The translations under genes and the position numbers were made by a program. This document shows, one piece after another, positions 1-11,633 of a stretch of DNA of 64,000 nucleotides. The DNA is from Octopus sinensis (taxonomy: Eukaryota): positions 88,226,001 to 88,290,000 of the forward strand of contig NC_043004.1 of the NCBI RefSeq assembly GCF_006345805.1. The letters run 5' to 3'. The notes below the pieces were generated by a model, which searched no databases, was not told the origin of the DNA, and saw nothing but the letters and a program-made list of their open reading frames with translations. Each line of letters starts with the position of its first letter. Within the stretch, counting starts at the first letter, position 1.

Positions 1-274
1 AAAATCGTTTGAATTTTGACATTGTAGCTTTCATAAGATTTTCGAGTAGGAAAAAGCGAAAGAAAAATACAAAGAAGAGATACAATTAAACTAACGTGTG
101 TGTATACTCATTCCCATATGCGCACACATAGATAAACGTGCATAAAATACCCACATAAATACATATACACACACGTACACACACGCATACATATATATAT
201 ATATAAACATAAACACACACATATATAAACATAAATACATATATATAGTACATACATACATATATATATGTATA

Positions 275-338
<64 letters not shown>

Positions 339-359
339 CATACATATATAATACAGATA

Positions 360-2690
360 TACATACATACATTATGCATTCACAAAATATATGCGCATAC
401 GGATATATGCACACAACTACCTGTCTGGTGTGTTTAATATTCTTTTACTTGTTTCAGTCATTTGACTGCGTCCAATCTGGAGCACCGACTTTTGTCGAAC
501 AAATTGACCCCTAGGACTCATTCTTTGTAAGCCTAGTACTTAGTTAATCGGTCTCTTTTGCCGAATCGTTACGTTACGGGAACATAAAGACACCAGCATC
601 GGTTGTTAAGCGATGGTGGGCGAACAAACACAGCAACACACACACACAAGTAAATACATATATAAAAATATATACGAGGGGTTCTTCCAATTTCCGTATA
701 CTAAATCCATTCACAAGGCTTTGGTCGGCCCGAGACTATAGTAGAAGACACCTGCCCAAAGTGCCATGCAGTGGGACTGAACCCAAAACCATGTGGTTGG
801 GAAGAAATCTTCTTACCTCACAGCCACAACAATATAAAAATTGTTGAAAGAAGGAATGAAGTAATTCAATTTCTGAGGTGTAGATGAAGTGGAGCGAAAT
901 AAAAATCAATTATGAAATTAAAGTGAAAGTAATAAAAACATTATTTTATGTTATATAAACTTGAATATGAGTAATCTTTATATGAAGAAATTAAAGCCGA
1001 CTTCGGCGGAATTTAGATCAGTACTGAGCGACGGCTGAAATATCGCTAAACACTTTGCCCAGCTCGCTGAAGGCTCTGCCAGCAAATGTTGCCTTATTAA
1101 CAATAATGATAAAGATAAATAAATATAATAATAGTAAGATAATTAAGCAACAATAATTTTAAAAATAACTAAAAAATCCATTCGGATATTCGATATGTTT
1201 AAAACATATTTTGGGCGATATGTTCTTTTTTATGTGTGCATAAATCAGCATTGAAAGGTTTTATAAGCGAAATTGCGATATAAAAAAAGCTTTCATATGG
1301 TTTATAAAAGGGTGCATTTAAGAGTAAAAGTTACAATAAAATAAACATAAAAATAAAAATTAAAAATATAGTTTGTATCCAATGGAAGGTTTTCTTGAAA
1401 GGTGAAAATATAAAATTAATGTTACACAAAGTGATACCGGTTTAAGTGAGAAAAAGTCAAATTGAAGTGCGAAATCGATGTTATCCGTACGGTATTTTTC
1501 CGCTCGACATTTTATGTTTCGTGGCGTGTCTGTAGGAAATTAAATGTTACAACCTTTGGTTCAAGGCATATTTATCCTGGAAAGGGATGAAAAATTATTC
1601 AGTCAGGTACAAATTGCACCTTATTGAGCCTTTACACGTTCCATGTATATATGGTACTGGAGGATTTCGAAAGCACGGGTATTTCTTTATTTCAACTGCC
1701 AGACATGTTTAGCGAGGCTTGTTGCTGGTCCTATTTTCAGCGTATCGAAATGAATTTTGATGGGAATATAGCCTTGTCTTGAAGGAATTTTCCGTGTTCC
1801 CTATATATGTCTTATATGTTTGTGAGCCATCTATTTGCACCTTAGCTCTATATAGTATATCATTTTCCAGACAATTTCCTCCCAACGGACATCAACTTTT
1901 ATGGGTGACATTGATTTCGTTTTTGAATTTGATTTTTTTTCACTTAAACCGACATCACTTTGTATAACATTCATTTTACATTTTCGCCTTTCAAGAAAAC
2001 CTTCGATTGGATAGAAACTACATTATTATTATTATTTTTATTGTATTTGTATTTTTATTTTATTGTAACTTTTACTCTTAAATGCAACCTTTTAGAAACC
2101 ATGCGAAAGCTTTTTTCATATCGCAATTTCGCCCACAAAACCTTTCAATGACGATTTTTAATGCACACCTAAAAAAGAAACCATACCATCGCCCAAAATG
2201 TATTTAAACATATCGAATATCCGAATGGATTTTTTTTAGTCAATTAAATTTTTTTCATTATTACTTAATCATTTTACTATCATTATATATAGATTTCTTT
2301 GTTATTATTATTGTTAATAAGGCAACGATACTGGCAGAACCTTTAGCGAGCTGGGCAAAGTGTTTAGCGATATTTCAGCCGTCGCTATGCTCTGATATAA
2401 ATTCCGCCGAAGGCGGCTTTAATTTCTTCATATAGAGATTACTCATATTCAAGTTTATATAACATAAAATAATGTTTTTAGTGCTTTAAATTTAATTTTA
2501 TAATTGATTTGTATTTAGCACCGTTTGATCTACATCCCAGAAATTGAATTACTTCATCCCTTCTTTCAACAATTTTTATTTTTATATCCAACATACCAGG
2601 CACGCATTTGTGTGTATATATACGTATGCATATATATGCATGGTGTATGTATAATGTATGTGTATATGTATTTACGCAGGATTGCACCCA
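360..2690. repeat. Long diverged inverted duplication; arms about 360-1486 (interrupted by a SINE B) and 1904-2690
   Basis: ataaaaattgttgaaagaagg (834) mirrors ttctttcaacaatttttat (2561-2579); aagtgataccggtttaagtgag (about 1430) mirrors tcacttaaaccgacatcacttt (about 1940); both arms carry the same decayed SINE A piece (about 996-1093 and 2320-2420). Confidence 0.9.
441..827 (-). mobile_element. SINE family B (tRNA-like head, CORE-like caccttgggcaagtgtctt segment, internal microsatellite)
   Basis: Collinear match to copies at 3508, 18410, 35505, 51860 and 61385. Confidence 0.85.
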
Positions 2691-2834
2691 AGGACTTATT
2701 CCTACAAGATCGAAAAGTTGAAGTGTTGAACTTTTATGCTTCTTTTTTCTTTTTTTCTTCATCTCCTTATTCCTTTACTCCTGTCCTCTATGTCGTCATT
2801 TAACTAATCTATACCTTTCTCATTTTCCATATTT

Positions 2835-2890
2835 GTCTCCGATGACGGAATATCCCACACTCTGGGATATCTCAGAAACAGCTATAAGAC
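2835..2890 (+). ncRNA. Minimal type-I hammerhead-ribozyme-like motif (U4C core variant)
   Basis: gtct-ccgatga-[stem II aatatccca/tgggatatc]-gaaa-cagcta-ta-agac; stem I gtct/agac; stem III a near-palindrome. Confidence 0.5.
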
Positions 2891-3453
2891 TGAATTTTTT
2901 CCCATAATAGTAATACTGTATATGACTTGAGATGTTTGACTTGTCTGTCCTCTTTAACAATTATGAGATACTTGCCTCTGTTGTCCTCTTAAAGAAACCC
3001 ATCACCGTTTTTATCAATATCTATGAGCTTTCACAGATCTAAGGCTTTTTAACAGATTTACCTTTCTTTCAATTAAACTTATTTAACATTAATTAATTTA
3101 CTCTGGGCATTTATGTTTTTTTTTAACTAGAAATTTATTTATGATTGAAGGTCCTCTTCGATTTTATACAAAACGATATTTATGCCTTTTAACTTTTATT
3201 TTAATTATTATTCTTATTTACCGCTTTTTAAAATAAAGAAAAACGTTAGTTGAAACGATCAATCAAATTCGCGAGCCATATTTGAGAGAACATTGCGTGT
3301 CTGCACACAAGAATCCGATTCTATAATACCATAGTTTTATATATCTGCGCTACATGAAAGAACACTGTGAAATTGGCATATGTATGTGTTTGTGTGTGTG
3401 TGTGTGTGATCCTTTATACAATACATACATACATACATACATACATACATACA

Positions 3454-3507
<54 letters not shown>

Positions 3508-3921
3508 GGCATAGGAGTGGTTGTGTAGTAAGTAGCTTGCTTATCAACCACATGGTTCCAGGTTCAGTCCCACTGCGTGGCACCTTACCCAAATGTCTTC
3601 TACTATAGCCTCGGGCCGACCAAAGTCTTGTGAGTGGATTTGGTAGACGGAAACTGAAAGAAGCTCGTTGTATATATGTATATATATATGTATATATATA
3701 TGAGAGTGTGTATGTGTTTGTGTGTCTGTGTTTGTCCCCCCCCCAACATCGCTTGACAACCGATGCTGGTGTGTTCACGTCCCCGTAACTTAGCGGATCG
3801 GAAAAACAGACCCATAGAATAAGTATTAGGCTTACAAAAAGTAAATTCTGGAACGATTTGCTCGACTAAAGGCGGTGCTCCAGCATGGCCACAGTCAAGT
3901 GACTGAAACAAAAGAGTAAAA
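3508..3921 (+). mobile_element. SINE family B, full length
   Basis: Head ggcataggagtggttgtgtagtaag, B-box-like ggttcagtcc, internal (TA)n(TG)n, tail gactgaaacaaaagagtaaaa. Confidence 0.9.
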
Positions 3922-5046
3922 TACACTAATATACATAATTTAATTTAATTTATTTTTATTTTATGTGACTTCAGTTGCTTACGACGAATTTACACACACA
4001 CACACAGACACACAGACTTGCACAATCGTATGTCCATTTTGATCCAAATGTCAAAACTCGGTAGTATTGGTGTATCAGTGCTTCGTCGTTGTGTTGCTAA
4101 AATTATATAAACAAAGGATGTGTCTCAGAAACAAGGGACATCAACAAGCAACGCACGAAAAGCACAAGATCTAATTCTGTAGAGAAGAAAACAAGCACTA
4201 AATAGAGTTCAACGTTTTGGACAGCAGCTCTTCTTCGAAAATAGGCAGAGAAAACAAGAGGGCAGAAAGGGCAAAAGGGTAAAAATAAAGAAAATGTTTC
4301 ATTGAATGAAAAAGATCATATAATTAGTTTTGTAAGGCTGTGTAGTAGATGGTGGTTGGAAGAGAGAAACAAAGAGAGAAAAATAGATAGATAGAAAGAG
4401 AGAGAGAGAAGGAAAGAAAGAAAGAAAGAAATAAAGAAAGAAAGAAAGAAAGAGGGGTATGAGAAAATTATGTTTACTGCTAATGAGTGAGAGTAAAAAT
4501 AAGTGAAATGCAACCGTATTCTCGTGGTGTGATGTGTATGTGTGTGAGTGTGAGTGAGTGTGTGTATATGTGTGTATGTGTGAATGTGTGTAAGATACGT
4601 TAGTACGTCGTGCGTGTACATGCAATCATTTATCTGTGTGTAAAGTGCGCGTTACTGTGTCTATGTGTGTATGAAGGGAAAGTGGTCTGTCTGTGTATGC
4701 AGTGCATTTGTCTGTTATGCAGTTGTGTGTTAAGCGTGCAGGCAAATATGATTTTATGTTTGGTTTGTGTTAGTGGTTTGTGATGTGTGTGGAGTGTTAG
4801 CATATTTATCAATAAATTTTTATATGTATGGCTGTAGAGAAACGTAAGCTGCTTATTTAGCCCAAGGGGCTGGGTTGTTACGAGACGCAAAAAAAATATA
4901 GATATTTGTATGTGTATTGATGAGTATTTGTCTTGTGTGGGAGTGTGTAAGAGTTACTGATTTGCTTAAAATCGAAACACAATTTGAACAAAACTATAAT
5001 CATTATATACTCTGACTTGCAATGAGGTATGTCTCTCTCATTGTCT

Positions 5047-5085
<39 letters not shown>

Positions 5086-5131
5086 TTCATATAATCCAAT
5101 ATTGGATAATACACAGAGAGTATATTCGCAC

Positions 5132-5213
<82 letters not shown>

Positions 5214-5295
5214 AGTATATATGTATATAGATGTATATACATATATATATATATATATATACATACATACATACACACACACATACATATATATG

Positions 5296-5337
<42 letters not shown>

Positions 5338-5522
5338 TGTATATATATATGTGTGTGTGTATATATGTAATTGTTCCATTGATTTGTTTTGTGTACACTA
5401 AAATGTTTCCCGAATAAAGGACCCATATCTGATTGTAGGCCAGTAGCGACGACGAAGCATCGAACAAGCACTCACTATTATTGATAATAAATATCACACA
5501 CGCACACACGCGCACACACACA

Positions 5523-5555
<33 letters not shown>

Positions 5556-6431
5556 CACACACACACACACTAACAATGAGGCGCGTCTACATGCGCACGT
5601 ATACGAACACGACAGTCTCAAGACATTCAACCTTTAATGTGAATTCCTGACAGTTGATGACAGCCAGTCAAAAGTACTTTATGCTTTATAATGTATTTTC
5701 TTCCTCCAATATTTTAATTTTGTTTATCATTTCTTTGCCTCGTTCTGATTATATTTATTCGCTTATTTGTTTGTTTTTCCTTCCGCTATATATGTTTATT
5801 TACTTTTTATTTACTTTCTGTTATACATTTGATCATATTTGTATCAGTTCCTACTCCCGCATTTCTTTAATCTTCTTTGTTTGGCATTGCGATAAACAAT
5901 CGCATAACAAAATAATTTCTTTATTGAATCGACATATGGTGTCATGCCGATAGAGGAATAATATATCATAGATTTATTTAATTTTTTCTTTTGTTGGTGT
6001 TTTAAACAGAGAAATACATTCGGATCTGTGATCAATGGAACGATTCCATAGACAATTCCTTGCTTCCAATATGGCATTTCTTTTAACATGTTTTCGTTTC
6101 TTTATTTCTGTTTATTTATTGATGTAGTTATTTATTTTCTTTTAATATACTTTTATTTCTTCCTCTTTCTTCTACATTTCACGACGTTTACGTTCAAGAA
6201 AGAAATAGAGAGAGAAAGAAAAAAAATGAAAGAAAGAAAGAACATCTAATACATGAAAGAAAGCGGAGAAATTTACGAACGACAAAATGGAGGGAAATAA
6301 GGAAATAAAGAAAAAAAGTTAAAAGGTGAAGTAACTAGTGGTATTATATTATTATTCGGATTTTTAAATGTTATTAAGAAATGTAGCTATTTAAGACAAA
6401 AACAAAAACATAAATATACAACAATAAAAAA

Positions 6432-7045
6432 AAACTGGCACTCCGTCGGTTATGACGACGAGGGTTCCAGTTGATCCGATCAACGGAACAGCCAGCTCGT
6501 GAAACTAACGTGCAAGTGGCTGAGCACTCCACAGATATGCGTGACACAGGAAGATAAAGCGTGACACATGAAGATATAATAAAATAATAAAAATAAATGC
6601 GCCCTTTTGAAGCCCAGCCAGGCTTATGGGCCTGGTTTCCCGGTTTCAATAGCGTATGTGTTGCCCAGCTGGACGGGACGCCAGTCCATCTCAGCATTAC
6701 TCATTTTTGCCAGCTGAGTGGACTGGAGCAACATGAAATGAAGTGTTTTGCTCAAGAATACAACGCGTCGCCCGGTCCAGGAATCGAAACCACAATCTTA
6801 CGATCATGATGCTGACACCCTAACCACTAGGCAACGCGCCTCCACCATGAAGATATTGCGTGACACGAAATGTGACAAGGCTGGCCCATTGAAATACACG
6901 TCCTATTCAATTTTACCAACTGATTGGACTGAAACAACGTGAAATAGAATATTTTGCTCATGGTCACAAAGTATAACCAGGAATAGAACTCTCGACCTCA
7001 GGATTGTGAGCCAACTACCTTAACCACTAAGCCACGCGCCTTCAC
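6432..7045 (-). mobile_element. Nested SINEs of family C (tRNA head plus cttgagcaa-type central domain); the inner copy lies at about 6578-6845
   Basis: tRNA-like heads at the right ends (6845, 7045); the inner copy is flanked by an 11-bp direct repeat catgaagatat (6567-6577 and 6846-6856), consistent with a TSD. Confidence 0.75.
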
Positions 7046-7110
7046 ACAACAACAATAAGAACAACAAAGATATCAATTACAATAACAACAACCTGGGTCA
7101 ACAACAATAA

Positions 7111-7504
7111 TAACAAGAGCACTCAGAGAGTGCAAACCTCTGCCAAAGCAACACCAACGTCCTCTCAATGATTAGCCAGAGATGATTATTAAAATGAGAA
7201 TATCTGAAATAAACATGACTGCTCTCACAAACGATAATACTAAAAATGAACCCGACCGTTCTCAAACATTAAGTAAAAAAACCCCCCCAAAACGGGAAAA
7301 TAATCCAGAATCCTCGTCTGGTACCGGATCGATCCCAAAATCTAATCAGTTCGTGCCAGGCACGAGGCCAAACATCCCTGAAAGTTTCATCCGAATCAGT
7401 CCACTGGTTCTTGAGATATCTTGTCCATGGTCAAACCAACAAGCAAACAAACAAACGCAACTGAAAAACAGTACCTCCGCATTTGCTGAGGCGGAGGTAA
7501 TAAT
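7111..7504 (+). mobile_element. Non-autonomous Helitron/Helentron-associated (HINE/DINE-like) element
   Basis: 5' aacaagagcactcagagagtgcaaacctctgcc; short (CAAA)n; 3' stem-loop acctccgc/gcggaggt (7473-7498), whose arm matches the 5' subterminal acctctgc. Confidence 0.6.
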
Positions 7505-8169
7505 GGATCAAAGAGGAAACATCAATTTTGTGGATCAGCCTGCTTGATACAAAGCCAAATTTTCCCTCAAGTCACACCTTGCCGTCTTGAGAAAGGGTCG
7601 GACACATCGGATAGAGTAATTCTTATATAACTTTTTATAAATGATGCTTTTGATCACGTGTGTGTTCGATTAGGGCTGATCCGGAAAAAAACGGTGGAAA
7701 CAGTAACACCAACACAAGCACGACGACGGCGGAAACCACCACCACCACCAATACCACCACCACCACCACCACCACCATCACCACCACCACCACCACCACT
7801 CCATCACCACCACCACCAACAACATCGCTACTAATAACAAAAACAAGAGTAGCAACAGTAACAACAACTGTGGTATTCGACTCTCTAAGTTCAAATCGAA
7901 GGAAGTCAACTTTGCTTTCCACCTTTCCGGGGTCGACAGAAAAAGTATCAAACCAGCGCGTTTGATTAGTGGGTCTGTAAGGACATGAGACAAGATGCCT
8001 TGCAAGTATTTATTCTGGTTCTTTGCGTACTGATTCCAAACCCCACCGTGACCTACCTGTCTTCCACATTTTCACCCCAGTTCAACACTTCCACTCCATC
8101 CTTGCGGACCTCCAGTGAAACTTAGTTTCATGCAAAAAATTCGGTCAGGGTTTCCGGTTATAGCATATG

Positions 8170-8570
8170 TCACTTCCTTCCTTCCTTCCTTCCTTCCTTC
8201 CTTCGTTTGTTCGTTCGTTCGTTCGTTCGTTCGTTCCTTTCTTCGTTCGTTCGTTCGTTCGTTCGTAACTTTCTTTCTTCCTTCCTTCCTTCCTTCGTTT
8301 GTTCGTTCGTTCGTTCGTTCCTTCCTTTCTTCGTTTGTTCGTTCTTTCGTTCGTTCGTTCGTTCGTTCGTTCGTTTGTTCGTTCGTTCGTTCGTTCGTTC
8401 GTAACTTTCTTCCTTCCTTCCTTCCTTCCTTCGTTTGTTCGTTCGTTCGTTCGTTCGTTCGTTCCTTCCTTTCTTCGTTCGTTCGTTCGTTCCTTCCTTC
8501 CTTTCTTCCTTCCTTCCTTCCTTCGTTTGTTCGTTCGTTCGTTCGTTCGTTCGTTCCATCCTTCCTTCAT
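8170..8570. repeat. Compound (TTCG)n/(TTCC)n microsatellite with higher-order blocks
   Basis: Direct reading; recurring gtaactttct and gtttgttc landmarks. Confidence 0.95.
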
Positions 8571-9039
8571 TTGTCTAGCGGTGGTGGGGGACAAACGCAA
8601 AGACACACACAGATACATACATACGTATATATAATGTGTGTGTGTGTGTGTTGTATCTTTGCGTGTGTCTTTGTCCACTTTCCATAGCTTGACAACCGAT
8701 GCTAGTGTATTTACGTCTCCGTAACTTAGTGGTTCAGCAAAAGAGTCTTATAAAATAAGTACCAAGCTTTAAAAATTAAGTACTAGAGTCAGAAATTCGA
8801 CTAAAAAGAAACAATTCTTCAAGGCGGTGCCCCAGCATGGTCTTAGTCAAATGATTGAAACAACTAAAAGAAAAGAAAAAAGTGTTATTTCCTCTTTGCT
8901 TCTAACTAGAAATCAAAGGTAATGACTACTATTCCCTTCAAACTTTGCTTTTGCAACCTGGACATCAATGTTTTGAAACTGACCTATTTCCCATTACATT
9001 TTAGACAGATTCAGTGCTGTGTTGCTGAAGCAGAAATAT

Positions 9040-9235
9040 CGTTATAGCAACTATTCTGCTCAATAGCATAGATTTGCATTGTCAGTTGGTTGACCTTAAC
9101 CACTTGAGCATGTCCCTTAGTGGCTGACAATATGTGCATCTCTGATTATGAGCAGGAACAGTGGGGGAGAATCATAGCCATGTATTGAGAGGGATTCTTT
9201 GAGGCTTGAATAAATGAAACAAAAGCAAAATTCGA
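9040..9235 (+). mobile_element. Partial copy of repeat family E
   Basis: ttgaccttaaccacttgagcatgtcccttagtggctgac matches 56633 onward. Confidence 0.75.
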
Positions 9236-9284
9236 ATGAAATAAAAGCCAGTTTTCATACAGTTTTCTAGGGGTAAGCAAATAA

Positions 9285-9740
9285 GGGATCTTTTCGGTTT
9301 GAGCGGCAGTTTTTAAAAATAATTTCCACGTAACTAAACACTTTTAAACTTCGTATACTGGTAGAATGTGTTTATAAAACATCTTTTTCTCTTGGCTTTA
9401 TTGAGAAAATTCTATATTTGTTGTTTTTTTTCTTCAGTTTCTGCAATTTCAACGAATCAATGACGTCTATTGAGGTGAAAACATTCTGTGCCGTATGAAA
9501 ATGTGCATCGTTTAAGAAACAGATTGGGTTTATTTACATTTCTGAAGAAAAAAATATATCCTTCCCCCACCCCTAACCTTAACCCTAACCCTGACCCTAA
9601 CTAACCCTAACCAACCCTAACTCTAACTCTGACCCTAAAATAGATTGAACTGCAATAGATCGATACTAGGGTCATAATTATGGGTGACAATTTCATATGA
9701 CACCGCTAGAAAAAACTGCCGTTCAAACCGAAAAGATCCC
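9285..9740. mobile_element. MITE with about 30-bp TIRs and an internal telomeric tract
   Basis: Left gggatcttttcggtttgagcggcagttttt, right aaaaaactgccgttcaaaccgaaaagatccc; aaataa flanks both ends. Confidence 0.9.
9571..9638. repeat. Degenerate interstitial (CCCTAA)n telomeric-type tract
   Basis: ccctaaccttaaccctaaccctgaccctaactaaccctaaccaaccctaa... Confidence 0.9.
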
Positions 9741-10244
9741 AAATAAGAAATAATAATTGCTATCCGAGGACAGAAATCTTGTTGCACAGTGTTATTAGTT
9801 AGTCTGTTGGACCAGCACATATCTGAAACTAAACAACAATAGCAACAGAAACAAATGACCAACATACACAATAACCTAGTTTATCCTAATGGCCCTATCA
9901 ACGCTATCATTAGACACATAAACAACATCTATTGTTTAAATAGCAAAAATTATGACATGTGATTTAATATCATGACCCAGTTTCGAATTTCGTTCGAAGC
10001 TACGTTATTTGTCTTTCAGAAAAATACAAACTTCCTGTATCTTCTTTGATGCATAGATGGAGTTTCTTTTAGCCGAGACAAAAGAAATTAATATTTAGCG
10101 AGAGGGTTAGGGACAGGAGAGCGAGGGAACAAATATCTTTTGTATTTCGTTTCCTCAAAGATTACTTCAGTATTGTTTATAAATGTATATTTTACACACA
10201 CATGAATATATATATGTATATATATAAATCACACACACACACAC

Positions 10245-10278
<34 letters not shown>

Positions 10279-10524
10279 AATATACATAAATTTAAATACA
10301 TATATGTACATATATTTCTACACACACGCACACACACATATGTGTATTCCAGAGCATTCTCAAGATGTATATTAAAACATATAAATTCATACATAAATGA
10401 ATATATATGTGTGGGTATGTGTATGCATGTATGTATATATATATACATTTTTATTGTACATTTCTGTGTGAATGAAATCCCCTTCCTAATTGATTTCATT
10501 GATTTTACATCGCTGTAGATTATT

Positions 10525-10760
10525 TATTTCTTTGTTGCCCACAGGGGGCTAAACATAGGTGGGGGGGGATAAACAAGGACTGACAAACGGATTAAGTCGA
10601 TTACATCGATCCCAGTGCGTAACTAGTACTTATTTAATCGGCCACGAAAGAATGTAAAGCAAAGTCGACCTCGGCGGAATTTGAACTCAGAACGTAACGG
10701 CAGACAAAATACGGCTACGCATTTCGTCCGGCGTGCTAACGATTTTGCCAGCTCGCCGCC
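10525..10760 (-). mobile_element. SINE family A (tRNA-like head; central ttcatcctttcggggtcgataaattaagtacc, recalled as Meta/MESC-like), full length
   Basis: Reverse complement matches the copies at 29908, 49400 and 54947. Confidence 0.9.
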
Positions 10761-11210
10761 CTTTCCCTCTAGAATATTATCTATGAAGTGTTGCCGAGTA
10801 AAGTTTTACATATCAAAAGACTGCCTCGTTCTGAATATTGTGATTCGAACTAATCCTTAGAAAATCAGTATTTATATACACCCGTTAATGAATGTCTTGC
10901 GTTTAAATCGCACGGAAGCTAGCTTTGTCTTTCATTCACAGTACTCGAGAGGTACTTTAATTTATCGTTCGTGAAAGGAGCAATACAATAAAGTATATCT
11001 GTCCTCGTGTATCACTAATCCCGGCAACGCAGTACGCTTAATTGTGAACCATGTCACGTTTATCACGAATTGGTCGGTGATCAGTCAACGATTCTTCTTG
11101 GACAGCAAAAGTGCAATGAGGTAACCATAATTTGGGGATCTGGAACGAAGTAGCTTTTTTATTCCCCCTATTTAATGTTATTCATTTTGTCCCTCAGCTT
11201 TCACAGGTAA

Positions 11211-11575
11211 AGTCTCATCCTCGGAACTTTCCAGGAAGTCTCTCATCCTCGGAGCTTTCCAGGAAGTCTCATTCTCGGAACTTTCCAGGAAGTGTCTCGT
11301 CCCCGAAACTTTCCGGGAAATCCTTGGAATTGTCCAGGAAGTCTCATCCTCGGAACTTTCCAGGAGGTTCTTGAAACTTTCCAGGAAATCACATCTTCGG
11401 AACTTTACAGGATGTCTGTCATCCTAGGAACTTTCCAGGAAGTCTCTCATCTTCGGAAGTCCTCGGGCTTTTCAGGAATTCTCATCCTCGGAACTTTCCA
11501 GGAAGTCTTCGGAATGTTATAGGAACTCTTACCCTTGGAACTTTCCAGGAAATCTCTTCCTCGGAACTTTCCAGG
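11211..11575. repeat. Minisatellite of about 26 bp, consensus gtctcatcctcggaactttccaggaa
   Basis: About 13 degenerate units read directly. Confidence 0.9.
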
Positions 11576-11633
11576 CTGGTAGGTCACATGCGATGCACAA
11601 AAAAATATCTCAGTTGTCCATGCATCATATGCG

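Noticed and set aside
4020-4180. Strong minus-strand acceptor ttgttttcttctctacag near 4180
   Set aside because: All three frames stop within about 75 nt and no convincing donor follows; it could only be a UTR exon and is unsupported
7182-7547. 121-aa ORF with normal-looking composition
   Set aside because: It lies within the non-autonomous Helitron-like element 7111-7504, with no recognisable motif
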